The position numbers and the translations under genes were made by a program. A DNA stretch of 63,798 nt, counting the filler, from Actinomycetota bacterium (GTDB taxonomy: Bacteria; Actinomycetota; Acidimicrobiia; Spongiisociales; UBA4744), in assembly GCA_013152275.1 (NCBI GenBank). It is 6 parts of 6 records of this genome, joined end to end, with 100 filler letters (N's around TTAATTAATTAA, not from the genome) between each part and the next. Parts side by side here need not be neighbours in the genome. Positions count along the whole stretch, not along the records: positions 1 to 12,572 come from JAADGS010000038.1; 5 more parts are not named here. One strand, given 5' to 3'. Numbering within the stretch: the first letter of the stretch is position 1; every line of letters begins with the position of its first letter. The notes under the pieces are model-generated. The model did not search any database. It saw only the letters and a program-made list of their open reading frames with translations, and was not told where the DNA came from. Positions 1 to 10,993 of the stretch are shown one piece after another.

Positions 1-2
1 CG

Positions 3-173
3 GCAGCTTCACTCGTCATGACCGGTGTGCTGGTCCTCGCCCGAGATCCTCTCGGATTCACCTCCGGTCCGTGGCTGCTCGGATGGGGACCAGTCCTCGG
101 CGTAATGGTCTACGGTGCTGCCATCCTCTTCGCCAGCCGTATCCTTGGTTACAGTCTCCGGTTTCGAGCCTGA
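3..173 (+). CDS. C-terminal fragment of a hydrophobic membrane protein (possibly Wzx-type flippase), truncated by window start
   Basis: My translation of frame 3 gives AASLVMTGVLVLARDPLGFTSGPWLLGWGPVLGVMVYGAAILFASRILGYSLRFRA-stop; two hydrophobic segments; lies just upstream of glycosyltransferase genes. Confidence 0.45.
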   Translation, partial: AASLVMTGVLVLARDPLGFTSGPWLLGWGPVLGVMVYGAAILFASRILGYSLRFRA

Positions 174-291
174 TCACCGATCCTCCTCATGAATCGATAT
201 CGGTCCGAATGACGACACGCGGCATGCGACGGCCTGGGGGTAGGCTCCCTGGAATGTGCGAGGGGCCCGACTCGACGATCACGGTGACCGA

Positions 292-1263
292 ATGAGCGAC
301 ACAACCAGACCCACACTCAGCGTTGGACTCCCCGTGTACAACGGTGAACGGTTCCTCGAAGAGACTCTGGATTCGATCCTGGCTCAAACCTACGAGGATT
401 TCGAGCTCATCATCTCCGACAACGCGTCGACAGACGGAACCGAGATGATCTGCCGCCGGTACGCATCGCAGGACGCCCGAGTCCGGTATGTGCGACAGCC
501 GACGAACCTCGGAGCGGCGAACAATTACAATCATGTGGTCGCCCTCGCACGCGGCAGGTACTTCAGATGGGCGGCTCACGACGACCTTTGCTCGCCTACG
601 AATTTCGAGCGCTGCATGGAGATCTTCGACTCGGCCCCCGCAGACGTTGCGCTGGTCTACCCCCAAACACTCATCATCGACGCGAACGGCGACGTGATCA
701 GACCATACGAGGATGGCCTCGACCTGCGGGACCACAGGCCTTCCCGCAGGCTTCACAAACTCATCGTGAACCTCGGACTCTCCAACGCCATCTTCGGGAT
801 CATCCGCTCGGATGTCCTGCGGCAAACCCGTCTCGTCGGACCGTTCGTCGGATCCGACGAAGTGCTGCTGGCCGAGATCAGCCTTCTTGGTCAGATGTGG
901 GAGGTTCCCGAGCGTCTCTTCCTCCGCAGACTTCATGCCCAACGATCTCTGGAGGCGTTCCCCGATTCTCATGAGCGAACTTCATGGTTCGATCCGTCCG
1001 TCAACAATGCCTGGGCCCTGCCAAGAACGAGGATCCTGCTGGCGGACTCTCGATCGGTTCTCACACTGCCTCTCCCACCGGCCACCCGGCTTCGTGCCGT
1101 CCTGACGCTCTTCGGAACCTACCTGTCCCGCTGGTGGAAGGTCATTGTCCGTGAAGTGCAGCGAGAGATGGTCCAGACACTGGCACGGAACCGGTCCCGG
1201 TTCCGTGGGGGTACCGACAAGCCACACCATCACCAAGATTCCAGAGAACCGAGGGAGCTCTGA
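292..1263 (+). CDS. Glycosyltransferase family 2
   Basis: SVGLPVYNGERFLEETLDSILAQTYEDFELIISDNASTDGT GT-A N-terminus; WAAHDD DxD-like motif; ATG at 292. Confidence 0.92.
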   Translation: MSDTTRPTLSVGLPVYNGERFLEETLDSILAQTYEDFELIISDNASTDGTEMICRRYASQDARVRYVRQPTNLGAANNYNHVVALARGRYFRWAAHDDLCSPTNFERCMEIFDSAPADVALVYPQTLIIDANGDVIRPYEDGLDLRDHRPSRRLHKLIVNLGLSNAIFGIIRSDVLRQTRLVGPFVGSDEVLLAEISLLGQMWEVPERLFLRRLHAQRSLEAFPDSHERTSWFDPSVNNAWALPRTRILLADSRSVLTLPLPPATRLRAVLTLFGTYLSRWWKVIVREVQREMVQTLARNRSRFRGGTDKPHHHQDSREPREL

Positions 1264-1268
1264 TACGT

Positions 1269-2396
1269 GTGGGTGCGGTCTGCCTCTTCGACGATGTCGC
1301 GAGTGGACACCATCCCCGCTTCACGGCGGAACTCGTGCGGGGAACCCTGCTCCGGGGCAGGCGCTGCCTGGTCGCATGCCCCGACCTCGAAGAAGAACTG
1401 GCCGTGCGGCCGGATGTGGTCTGGCTGCGCGTGGCGGCCGGGGCGCTCCGAAAGCCGGCAGGCGGCCATCGAATGCTGCGAAAAGCCCTACTGGCGTGCC
1501 GACGGCAATCCGTCGAAGCGTTCTGGGATCTCTACCTCGACAAGAACGTGTGGGCACTCCCCCGCGGACTGAAGACCGTCGAGGTTCGGGTCCACGTGCT
1601 GCACGCCGTCAACCAGTACCAGTATCAGGATCGGGACACGATCGGCAAGCTGCGTACCGCATTCCTCCGGCGCCGGCTCGAGACTCTCACCTCCGACGGC
1701 GCAGTGATCGTGGTCCATACGCGACACGCTTTCGACGTCCTCGCCGGATTCCTCCCCACAGGTCGACTACTGCATGTCGGGTATCCGGTGGAAACACCGG
1801 ATCCGATCCCGGATCGGCGGATGGACGGAGATCTACGGCTGCTCTTCGTCGGTGAGGCACGCCGGCAGAAGGGTCTTTTCGAGCTGCTCGAAGCCATGGA
1901 GATGCTTCGACAAGACATCGGCCTGGACGTCGTGGGGCCGCAACCGCCCGGATTGCGAGATCTGGTGACGACAAAACACCCCACACTCGACATCCGTTGG
2001 ATCGATCGGTTCGTGACCGACACGGAACTGCGTCAGGCCTTCCACCACAATCATCTCGTTGCACTCCCCTACCAGACGGTCTTCAGGGTACGGGGAGGCG
2101 CCTCCGGAGTGCTGCTCCAAGCGCTCAGCGAAGGAGTGCCTCTTGTCACGACACCCTCTCTGGCCGGCCAACTACCCGATGGGTACGGAGGCGCCCTCGT
2201 CGCCGCTTCCGACACGGCGGAGGCCTTGGCGGATGCCCTCACTCGCGCCGTGGATCGGATCTCGGAACTGGCAACGAGCGCCGCCATCGAGGGGCCGGCG
2301 TTCGTGAAGGCCTTTCACACGTTCGACCGCTATGTCGATGCGCTGCTCAGGATCGACGGAACCGGGCCGATGACTCCTTCATGGAACGCTCCTTGA
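1269..2396 (+). CDS. Glycosyltransferase family 4 (GT-B fold)
   Basis: LLFVGEARRQKGLFELLEA and ALPY...ASGVLLQALSEGVPLVTT C-terminal GT-B motifs. Confidence 0.85.
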   Translation: MGAVCLFDDVASGHHPRFTAELVRGTLLRGRRCLVACPDLEEELAVRPDVVWLRVAAGALRKPAGGHRMLRKALLACRRQSVEAFWDLYLDKNVWALPRGLKTVEVRVHVLHAVNQYQYQDRDTIGKLRTAFLRRRLETLTSDGAVIVVHTRHAFDVLAGFLPTGRLLHVGYPVETPDPIPDRRMDGDLRLLFVGEARRQKGLFELLEAMEMLRQDIGLDVVGPQPPGLRDLVTTKHPTLDIRWIDRFVTDTELRQAFHHNHLVALPYQTVFRVRGGASGVLLQALSEGVPLVTTPSLAGQLPDGYGGALVAASDTAEALADALTRAVDRISELATSAAIEGPAFVKAFHTFDRYVDALLRIDGTGPMTPSWNAP

Positions 2397-3580
2397 CACA
2401 TACACACCGGACCCCGCTGCATCCGGCGATCGTCGTCGTCGCGTACAACCGCCCCGCGTCACTGGCGCGGCTCTTCGGAAGCCTGGCACGCCTCAGAATA
2501 CCGAACGAGTCTCAGGTGCCGCTGGTCGTGAGTGTCGACGACGGGTTCGCCGAGACCGTTCGTGTCGCCGACGAGTTCCACTGGCCCCACGGTCCGAAAC
2601 AGGTCATTGCCCGATCCCATCGCCTTGGTTTGCGCGAGCATGTCCTGTCGTGCGGTGACCTCTCTGCCGAGTACGGGGCAGTCATGGTGCTCGAGGACGA
2701 TCTGTACGTCTCTCCCGATGCGTACCGCTACGCCGATGCCGCCGTCGACTACTACGACGATTCGGAGAAGGTGGCGGGCATCTCGCTCTACTCGTACCGT
2801 ATCGACGAGTACCTCGGCCTCACATTCCACCCCTTGGAAGATGGTTATGACACCTTCTTCATGCAGACTCCCTCCTCTTCCGGGCAGGTCTGGACAGCGC
2901 GTCAGTGGAGCCGTTTCCGCCGCTGGGATGCAGAGAATCCTCTCCTCGCCGGCATACACTTTCCCCGGAAAGCCTCGACGTGGTCCACCGAACGGTCCTG
3001 GAAGAAGGCGTTCCTCGGCTATCTCATCGACACGGATCGGTACTACGTGTTCCCGCGCGTCGGTCTCACGACCAACTGCGGCGACCCGGGCACGCACTTC
3101 CACAAAGAGGCCATCAACACGGCCGGACGTCTACTCCTTGGAGAACCCCGCTGGAGATTCGCTGCGTGGAACACGGACGCCCTCAGATACGATTCCTGGT
3201 TCGAGCCGCACACCGAAACCATCGAGCGCTGGTGGCCCGGCTTCGGTGGACACGAGGTGACCATCGACTTCTTCGGCAGCAAAGACCTCGACGGCATCGA
3301 CACGCCACTGCTCCTGTCGAGCAAGCCTTGTGCCGCACCCGAAGCCGATTTTCCCATGATCCTGCTGCCGTTTGCACACAATCTGGCCCTCTCCGGCCAG
3401 GGAGAGTTCTTTCACCTGGGACGCGCCTCGGACTTCAAACCGCTGCCGGCACGGAAGTGGCGCAGGATCTTCGAAACCAGTAACGGCCAGATCGGACGCG
3501 AGATCAGCGCCGGAATCCTCTGGGACCGCGTCGTGCGCCATGTGACACGCGACGCCGGCGATCCCCGGCTCGTGGACTGA
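2393..3580 (+). CDS. GT-A fold glycosyltransferase (GT2-like)
   Basis: AIVVVAYNRPASLARL and VLEDDLYVSP motifs; start taken at TTG 2393 overlapping upstream stop (ATG 2381 is an alternative). Confidence 0.8.
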   Translation: MTHTHRTPLHPAIVVVAYNRPASLARLFGSLARLRIPNESQVPLVVSVDDGFAETVRVADEFHWPHGPKQVIARSHRLGLREHVLSCGDLSAEYGAVMVLEDDLYVSPDAYRYADAAVDYYDDSEKVAGISLYSYRIDEYLGLTFHPLEDGYDTFFMQTPSSSGQVWTARQWSRFRRWDAENPLLAGIHFPRKASTWSTERSWKKAFLGYLIDTDRYYVFPRVGLTTNCGDPGTHFHKEAINTAGRLLLGEPRWRFAAWNTDALRYDSWFEPHTETIERWWPGFGGHEVTIDFFGSKDLDGIDTPLLLSSKPCAAPEADFPMILLPFAHNLALSGQGEFFHLGRASDFKPLPARKWRRIFETSNGQIGREISAGILWDRVVRHVTRDAGDPRLVD

Positions 3581-3665
3581 GCCTGGCGTTCGCCCCACGG
3601 CCGCTCGACCATGGGCATGTCGCCCACAGGGCGAACCGATACCCCGAAGTCCTGCCGAGCGACTC

Positions 3666-4973
3666 CTACAAAGTCGAGACGTTCGAGCGTACGATTCCGC
3701 GCCTTCGGTAGGCGTCGCGGGTGTCGAAGACGAGAGGAATCGCATCGGCAATGGCTTCCAGATCGAGCACGTCGTGATCGGTGAGTATCACGGCCAATGA
3801 GAACCCGGCCAGTTCCTCGGGAGAAGCACCGGTCGGCACGAAACCGTGGGCCCGGATGCCTTGCTCTCCCACGACAGGATCCAGCACCCCGATCGCAGCG
3901 CCTCCGCTCGCCAGCTGGCGCAGGACGTTGACGGCAGGCGATTCCCGTGAGTCGGCGATGTTCGCCTTGTACGCGAGACCCACTCCGAGAATGCGCGTCC
4001 CACGCAGCGGAAGGCCGTGTTCGTTGAGAACCTCGGCGGCCCTGGTGGCCGCGTAGCCGGGCATCGCAACGTTGACCTGCTCGGCGACATCGATGAACCG
4101 CGTCGGGAAGCCTGCAGCACGCGCACTCCAGGCCAGAAACTGCGGATCGAGGGGAATGCAGTGCCCACCGACACCGGGACCCGGATAGAACGCGCGGAAC
4201 CCGAATGGTTTCGTGGCCGCGGCGTCGATGACCTCCCAGATGTCGATGCCGAGCCGGTGGGCAAGCTGTGCCATCTCGTTGACGAGCCCGATGTTCACCG
4301 CGCGGTACGTGTTCTCCAGCAGCTTGGCCATCTCCGCCACCCGGGCCGACGACACGAGCGTCACATCCGACATGAACCTCGAGTAGGCGGCTGCCGCCAC
4401 TTTGCCCGACTCGGGACTCACGCCGCCGACGACCTTCGGGATGTCCTGCAACCTGCGGGGATTCCCCGGATCCACACGCTCGGGGGAGAACGCCAGATAG
4501 ACATCTCGATCCAGCTCGAGTCCGTTGGAGGTGATCGCAGGCAGGAAGAACTCCTCGGTCGTTCCGGGATACGACGTCGATTCGAGAACGACGAGTTGAC
4601 CTGGTCTCACCGCAGTTTGAAGTGTTGCAGCCGCCTGTCCGATGAAGGACATGTCGGGCTGGCGGTTCCTCCCAAGAGGACTCGGCACACACACGAAGAT
4701 CGCATCCACTTCGCCCAGTGCGTCGGGAGAGGCCGTGACCTCGAACCCCTCCGCGAGGGCTTCCTTCACGGCAGCATCCGAGATGTCGTCGACGTGGGAA
4801 CGCCCGGATCGCAAACCTTCGACCACTTCGATCGAGTCATCGAATCCGATACATCGCAGACCGGCATCCAGGATGGCCATGGCGAGCGGCAGCCCCACAT
4901 AGCCGAGGCCGACGACACCCGCCTTCCACTTCTCGGTCCCGAAATATGCGACCGACTCCTCGAAGTCTCTCAT
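3666..4973 (-). CDS. Nucleotide-sugar dehydrogenase (UDP-GlcNAc/ManNAc 6-dehydrogenase family)
   Basis: GVVGLGYVGLPLA Rossmann motif, ESTSYPGTT, SPERVDPGN, catalytic GPGVGGHCIPLDP. Confidence 0.93.
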   Translation of the reverse strand: MRDFEESVAYFGTEKWKAGVVGLGYVGLPLAMAILDAGLRCIGFDDSIEVVEGLRSGRSHVDDISDAAVKEALAEGFEVTASPDALGEVDAIFVCVPSPLGRNRQPDMSFIGQAAATLQTAVRPGQLVVLESTSYPGTTEEFFLPAITSNGLELDRDVYLAFSPERVDPGNPRRLQDIPKVVGGVSPESGKVAAAAYSRFMSDVTLVSSARVAEMAKLLENTYRAVNIGLVNEMAQLAHRLGIDIWEVIDAAATKPFGFRAFYPGPGVGGHCIPLDPQFLAWSARAAGFPTRFIDVAEQVNVAMPGYAATRAAEVLNEHGLPLRGTRILGVGLAYKANIADSRESPAVNVLRQLASGGAAIGVLDPVVGEQGIRAHGFVPTGASPEELAGFSLAVILTDHDVLDLEAIADAIPLVFDTRDAYRRRGIVRSNVSTL

Positions 4974-5514
4974 ACGTCTCCCACTGTCCAGCCTTCAGAA
5001 CATGCAGCATCGACGATACTTTCCAGGGATAGTACTCATCGGCATCCCCCGGCTCGCTTCAGGTTCTCACGCTCGGACGCACACGATCGGTCACCGACCG
5101 CTGCCCGCGCTTCAACCGGACGGGACGCTCTCACCAATCGTCGTTCTGCAGAAGCACGACCCGACGTCACCCACACTCCCGACGAATCCTGTCGATCTCT
5201 CCGGCGGACAACCATGTCCTCCAGGTCTCGAGGGACTTCCGCGCCGACGATGCGGCCTCGATGCATGCCCACGGTTCCCGGCAGGGAGGGTCCTGCGTGA
5301 CGGCCTTTTGCTGTCGCCCGACCGGAACTGCCGAGATCGCGCCAGACCGGTAGTATGCCTGATTGGCATTGTCTGTCAGAGGTGGGCATGAATCCACTGC
5401 ATGTGCGGCGAAAACTCGACGAACACCCTGAAACCCCCACCCCGGATCGGCGGAGATCGGCACACGTGCCGACTGCCGATGCACGTCCCTTCTGACTGGT
5501 CCGGTGAGTGAGAG

Positions 5515-6687
5515 ATGCCACCCGAACCCATTCAGGTCGCCTGGTTATTGGGAACCGACCTCCGGCCATACAGGATCCCGTTCCTCGCTCGACTTGCGGA
5601 ACGGCAAGACATCGAACTCACACTGTGTTTCGGCGGCGCCAAACCTGGCCTCGGAGCTCCGACACGTCCACCATCCGTCCCCGATCCTCGTATCCGGGTT
5701 CGGCCGGTGATCAATCGGTACTGGCCTCATGGCAAGCATCGGGTCGCGTGGCAGTCCGGCGCACTATCGATGCTGACCGGCGACTTCGACGTCCTCGTGC
5801 TCCCCGAGATCGTCCACAACTTGACGGTGTGGTCCATCGTTGCTCTCAGGCGCATCTTCGGGAAACGAATAGTTCTCTTCGGCTTCGGGTACCGTCCTCC
5901 CCCGGCGACATTCCTCGCCCGCGTTCGAGAAAAGGCTCGCCATCTCCTCATCTCACGCGCAGATGCGATCATCTCCTACACAGAACGCGGCCGGGAGGCC
6001 TGTCTGGCAGCAGGAGTGGACGGCTCACGCCTGTTCGTCAGTCAGAACACCCTGGATACCGAGTACTTGCGAGATCTCGCTCGGAACGTGCGTCCCGACG
6101 ATCTGAACGAGATCCGCGATCGTCTGTCTCTCACCCGTCACGTGCTGATCTACGTCGGGCGCCTCGTACCGGAGAAACGAGTGAACGTGCTGGTCGACGC
6201 CGTCGTCGGCCTCCACCGGCAAGGAATCACGTGCTCCTTACTCGTCATCGGCGATGGCCCGGAGCGCCAATCACTCGAGAAACGCGCCGCCGGGCTGGAC
6301 GACATTCACTTCCTCGGTGCAATCTACGACGACGAGCTACTCGCCCGATACTTCCTGCTGTCCGACATGTTGGTCATCCCGGGAGGAATCGGGCTTACCT
6401 GTGTCCACGGATTCAGCCACGGCGTCCCGAGCATCACCACCTCCGACACGTCCGTAGTCCAAAGCCCCGAGTATGCCTACCTCGAGGATGGTGAGAACTG
6501 TGTCATCGTGGACCGTCCCGATCCGTCGGCGTACGCCGAGGTGCTCAAACGACTGATCGATCATCCGCAAGAACTCGACACTCTCCGCGCCGGAGCAGCG
6601 CGCTCGGCGGAGCAACTGACAATGGCCGAGATGGTCGAGCAGTACACTGCCGCCATTTCCTTCGCTGCCGGACACCCACAAAGCTGA
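5515..6687 (+). CDS. Glycosyltransferase family 4
   Basis: YVGRLVPEKRVNVL...IGDGPER...PGGIGL GT-B motifs. Confidence 0.9.
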   Translation: MPPEPIQVAWLLGTDLRPYRIPFLARLAERQDIELTLCFGGAKPGLGAPTRPPSVPDPRIRVRPVINRYWPHGKHRVAWQSGALSMLTGDFDVLVLPEIVHNLTVWSIVALRRIFGKRIVLFGFGYRPPPATFLARVREKARHLLISRADAIISYTERGREACLAAGVDGSRLFVSQNTLDTEYLRDLARNVRPDDLNEIRDRLSLTRHVLIYVGRLVPEKRVNVLVDAVVGLHRQGITCSLLVIGDGPERQSLEKRAAGLDDIHFLGAIYDDELLARYFLLSDMLVIPGGIGLTCVHGFSHGVPSITTSDTSVVQSPEYAYLEDGENCVIVDRPDPSAYAEVLKRLIDHPQELDTLRAGAARSAEQLTMAEMVEQYTAAISFAAGHPQS

Positions 6688-6700
6688 GGTCGATCCCGGC

Positions 6701-8200
6701 TTATTGCCGTTGCATCGAACCCGATGTGTCCAACCCATACGAGGTCCACTCATCAAACGTCCGCGGCTTGCCCAACCACCAGAAGTGCTTGCCCCCACCG
6801 ACGATGGAGTAGTTGTTGCCTTCGAATCGATTACCCCATTCGGTGTACACGGCGTTTCGGTTCTTGGATCGAACCGACACGATTCCCGTGTACCCGTCGG
6901 CCATCTCGACCTCGTTGTCGTGGACATAGAAGTTTCTCAGCTCGTACGGTCCGTACCGGCCGTCGCCGCGGTCACGTGCCAAGCCACCGATGCCGTCGAA
7001 GTTCCCCTTCACTACATTCCCGGTGACCTCGACATTCGGCGATGAGCTGACGAAGATCCCCGCCCCGGCCACGGTGTTGTCGTTGCCGAATCCATTCCCT
7101 TCCACCACATTGTCGATGATGACGGCGTCGTAGCTGATCTCGTGCTTGATCCCCGCGTGGTAGTTCGCGACGACAAGGTTCGACTCATAGCGGGTATCCA
7201 TGTTGTCGATATCGGTCCACAGCCCGGGCCCGATGTTGTGGTGGACATAGTTGTCGATCACCACCAGCCCAACCGTCATGACGAACTTCGCACCTCCACC
7301 GCCCCAGTAGGGATTGAAACCCCCGATATTGTTGTACGCGATCTCGTTCCCCTCGACGAGAATGCCCTGCCCGCTGCCTCCAACACCCAGCTGGCCGTTG
7401 TGATGGATGTAGTTCCCCAAGATGCGGGCCCCGGGCCCGGCCTTCACACCGATGCCATGGTTGAGCCTGATCTCGTTCTCACCGACGGTCCAGTCCGGTC
7501 CGGTCCCCTTTTCCCCGATGGCGCCTCGTTGGGCCGGATTCGCATACTTCTCGATGACAAATCCCCGGATCGTGACGGAACCGGCTGCGCCCCTGAACGC
7601 GTAGGGCACGACGGCGATCTCGACCTTGTTCCCGGACGGGTCGTCTGCGAGATAGACGGTGTCATTCTCATAATCGAAGAACCACGAGCCGGGTTGCAGC
7701 TCGTCGATACTTCGAACCTGTGTCAACAGCTCGTCGTTGAAGTAGACATCCTCCGGAAAAGTGCAGGCCGATTGATCGGAAAGACAGGAGCCGCGACGTT
7801 CCCCTTCCTGATCGAGCCCTCCCTCGGACCAGAAATCACCGTTCTTCTCGAGATCGGTGAGGAGCCGGGCTCCAGAAAGTATTGCACCGCGCCTACCGAC
7901 AAAGATGTCACCCTTCTTGGGAACGATCTGGATCTCCCGATAGATGCCCGGGCTGAAGGAATAGGTCGTGCCGGGCGGATTTGCGCCCAAGATCGCCTGC
8001 ACGTCATCGTCCGGGACGATCTCGACGGCGGCACCATCTGGAGCGGTGGTACCCGGCATCAGATCGGTCGGCGCAATCCAGACCGTGCTGGGCACGGAGG
8101 GGAGTACGGCAAAAGGATCGGTGTTTCCTGGCGCGCTGCTACATGCGATCAGGAGAGTCGAGCCGATGAGAGTCATCATCACGCGACGCAACGTGAACAA
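6701..8200 (-). CDS. Secreted lipoprotein with right-handed parallel beta-helix repeats (pectin-lyase-like fold)
   Basis: Lipobox LLIAC; repeated GN/N-rich turns (ENEIRLNHGIG, GNYIHHNGQLG, DNYVHHNIGPGLWTD). Confidence 0.8.
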   Translation of the reverse strand: MFTLRRVMMTLIGSTLLIACSSAPGNTDPFAVLPSVPSTVWIAPTDLMPGTTAPDGAAVEIVPDDDVQAILGANPPGTTYSFSPGIYREIQIVPKKGDIFVGRRGAILSGARLLTDLEKNGDFWSEGGLDQEGERRGSCLSDQSACTFPEDVYFNDELLTQVRSIDELQPGSWFFDYENDTVYLADDPSGNKVEIAVVPYAFRGAAGSVTIRGFVIEKYANPAQRGAIGEKGTGPDWTVGENEIRLNHGIGVKAGPGARILGNYIHHNGQLGVGGSGQGILVEGNEIAYNNIGGFNPYWGGGGAKFVMTVGLVVIDNYVHHNIGPGLWTDIDNMDTRYESNLVVANYHAGIKHEISYDAVIIDNVVEGNGFGNDNTVAGAGIFVSSSPNVEVTGNVVKGNFDGIGGLARDRGDGRYGPYELRNFYVHDNEVEMADGYTGIVSVRSKNRNAVYTEWGNRFEGNNYSIVGGGKHFWWLGKPRTFDEWTSYGLDTSGSMQRQ

Positions 8201-8697
8201 CGGAACCTCCCTACCAACACAACCAGAACCGTGCTCAGCCTAGCTGTTCCGGCTTCTTGGCCACCAGGTCCCGGCGAAAGCCCGGTCCCCACGTGGTTCT
8301 TCGTACAAGGAACACCGGGCCGCCACGCCGCCAGGCCGATTCGATCGCGGCGGCAAGGGCACGGCCACCGAGAGTCGAGGTGGATCCACAGGGACTCACG
8401 AGCATGACCCGTTCGGTCGGGTTCATGGGCGCGGTTCGCCGAGGCATCCACCCGTCGCCCGCTTCTGGCACAACGACGAGCGGTCACCCGAACCGGTTTC
8501 GGACCCATCTCCACACATGCCGGTGGACATACCGGGACGCAGCGAACGCACACGCGCACCACCGTCCACAGAGACCCTCCGGCGATCACCTGATGGGGTC
8601 ATGGCCTCACAACCTCGCAGTCCCGGCACCTCGACCGCCAACTCTCCACGCACTGCAGACCTAGACTTCCGGGCTGAACTCGCGGAAAAGGCGGAGT

Positions 8698-10077
8698 GTG
8701 CGATCGCTAACGTGGACGGCGGCCATCTGGGCGGTTGTGCTCATCTTCATTGCTCGTGGAAGCCTCCGCGAGATCCTCCACAAGCCGGAATCGGGCTGGT
8801 CCATGGAGCGTCTCGCCATTGTCCTGGTGCTCCTCGGTTCTTTCACGAACGCCGCCAAGGCAACCGCGAACGAGGTCCTCGCCGATCCGGTCATTCTCGA
8901 GAGAGTCGTCAGGGGCGCGCTTGTTCTCCTGGGCGGCTTGGTCGTTGCCCCATCCTTGCTCCGTAACCTCCGATCGGCTGGAACGAGAATCGGTCCCGGA
9001 TTGACTGCTCTGTGGGCCTACATCCTGGTCGCAGCCCTTTCCGTCCTCTACTCGGTCGCACCCATCGTGACCGCACCGAAGGTGGTGGAACTCTTGGTCG
9101 GCTTGGCGATCATTACGTCGATCGCCACCTCCTCGGCCCCAAAAGAGCACCTTCGACAAGCCATACAGTTCATTGTCATCCTCGAAGCTGCTCTCATCAC
9201 GACGGCAGTCATCGGGTTCTTCGTACGGCCGGGCACCTTTGCCATGATCGGGTACCGCCCCGGGTTCCTCCTGCCGACCACGATGGGCAGCCCCTGGGCT
9301 TCATCCAACAGCCTCTCCGCCTCTGCAGGCCTGGTAGCCGCGTACGCCCTGGCGAGCTACTTCCGGGGCGGCACGCTGCGAGTGAGAGCAGGCTGGATGA
9401 CCCTTTTCGCGATCGGCACCATCGGAACCGTCCTCGCCTCAGGACGTCAAGGCGTGGCAATCTGGATGGTCGCGATCGGAATTCTCTTGTGGCTCCACCG
9501 GCGACGCCTGTTCCTCTTGCTGCTGGGCCCGGCCACCCTTGGAATGGTGTTCCTCAACTGGCAACAGCTCCTCAGCATCCTGTCCAGGAATCAATCCGCC
9601 CAGTCTCTGGCCCTCTTGACAGGCCGGGTCCGTTTCTGGACGGCAGCTCTCAGCTCACTCGCGGCTCACCCGTGGACAGGATTCGGATTCGGTGCCGGCG
9701 GACGTTTCGTGGCACTGAGAAGCATCGGCGAAGGCTCCCGATCGAACCTCCACAGCGGCTATCTGGAAGCTCTTCTGGGCGTGGGTCTCATCGGAACGAT
9801 CCTTCTTCTCTTTGCGGTCGTGTGGGCCGCCTGGTGGTCCGTGCGGCAACTTCGCCGACGAATCCGAACGCACTACGCGATCCTCATCGTGCCTCTCATC
9901 TTGCACACGTTCGTCGACTTGGGTTTCGGGGCGTGGCTCAAAGCGGATTTCCTCCTCCTGGCAAGCCTTGTCGCCCTCGCAGATCTCGATCGGCGGGCAT
10001 CACGAATCGCGCGCGCTCAACCCCCGGACCTGGATTCCTCTCGATGGTTGACAGACTCTCGACGGGGGCGCCGATGA
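8698..10077 (+). CDS. O-antigen ligase / Wzy polymerase family membrane protein
   Basis: Many TM segments; LTGRVRFW...PWTGFGFG...NLHSGYLEALLGVGLIG Wzy_C motif. Confidence 0.85.
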   Translation: MRSLTWTAAIWAVVLIFIARGSLREILHKPESGWSMERLAIVLVLLGSFTNAAKATANEVLADPVILERVVRGALVLLGGLVVAPSLLRNLRSAGTRIGPGLTALWAYILVAALSVLYSVAPIVTAPKVVELLVGLAIITSIATSSAPKEHLRQAIQFIVILEAALITTAVIGFFVRPGTFAMIGYRPGFLLPTTMGSPWASSNSLSASAGLVAAYALASYFRGGTLRVRAGWMTLFAIGTIGTVLASGRQGVAIWMVAIGILLWLHRRRLFLLLLGPATLGMVFLNWQQLLSILSRNQSAQSLALLTGRVRFWTAALSSLAAHPWTGFGFGAGGRFVALRSIGEGSRSNLHSGYLEALLGVGLIGTILLLFAVVWAAWWSVRQLRRRIRTHYAILIVPLILHTFVDLGFGAWLKADFLLLASLVALADLDRRASRIARAQPPDLDSSRWLTDSRRGRR

Positions 10078-10925
10078 CTCGGCCGAACTTCTTCCTGGTC
10101 GGTACGACCAAGGGAGGAACATCGACCCTCCATAGATGGCTCGAACGGCATCCGCAGATCTTCCTGCCCGCTCGCAAGGAGTTGCACTACTTCTGCCATT
10201 GCCCGGACCGTGGACTGAATGCAATCCGTTCATCCGACGAATACGAGAGAATCTTCTCATCGGCCACACAGCCAATCGTTGGGGAAGCAACCCCCTGCTA
10301 CATGTACTATCCCGACGTTGCCGACGCCATCCACGCGGAGTTCCCCTCGAGTCGCATCCTCATCACGCTGCGGGATCCCGTCGAACGATTCTGGTCGCAC
10401 TACCTGATGAACGAGGTGTACCTTCCGACAGGTCTGCCACCCGAGGAGATCGTCGACATGAACCTGCGCGGCGAGGCGTCGACGGCATTGGATGACCTCG
10501 TCGGAGTGGGGATGTACCACGATCAGGTCGAGCGATTCATGTCGACGTTTGGTCACGACAGCGTGCTCGTGACATTCCTCGAAGACATTGCGGCAGAGCC
10601 GACTCGCGTCTCCGAGACCATTCAACGGTTTCTCGAGATCCCGACGATCGACCTCGACACGACACAACGGGACAAACAGTACGTCGCACCCCGCAACCGA
10701 GTCGGGAAGATCGCTCTCCGGAATCCCTGGGTCCGGAGTATCGGAGTTGCGATTCTGCCATGGCAGGTCCGCCGGTTTCTGCGGACCAGGATTCTTGGTG
10801 ATCCTGGACTCAAACCGGTGATGTCCGAAGATCTTCGTGAGCGGTTGTGGAGCCTGTACCGTTCGGACAGCATCAAACTGGAAGCGTTGCTGAAGCGACC
10901 GCTGCCGTGGTCCGGCCATCGATAG
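10074..10925 (+). CDS. Sulfotransferase (PAPS-dependent, Sulfotransfer_1/3 family)
   Basis: PNFFLVGTTKGGTSTL 5'-PSB motif, KELHYF, GEATPCY, LRDPVERFWSHY 3'-PB motif; ATG overlaps upstream TGA (ATGA). Confidence 0.9.
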   Translation: MTRPNFFLVGTTKGGTSTLHRWLERHPQIFLPARKELHYFCHCPDRGLNAIRSSDEYERIFSSATQPIVGEATPCYMYYPDVADAIHAEFPSSRILITLRDPVERFWSHYLMNEVYLPTGLPPEEIVDMNLRGEASTALDDLVGVGMYHDQVERFMSTFGHDSVLVTFLEDIAAEPTRVSETIQRFLEIPTIDLDTTQRDKQYVAPRNRVGKIALRNPWVRSIGVAILPWQVRRFLRTRILGDPGLKPVMSEDLRERLWSLYRSDSIKLEALLKRPLPWSGHR

Positions 10926-10993
10926 CGCTGTGGCGGTTGTGGGGTGTCAGTCTCTGCTGGGAGGCCCTGGTGTGTCGTGTGTGATGGTTCGTC

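Noticed and set aside
9012..10073. 637-aa sulfotransferase fusion suggested by the ORF track
   Set aside because: The upstream part overlaps the Wzy gene out of frame; the true start is the coupled ATG at 10074.
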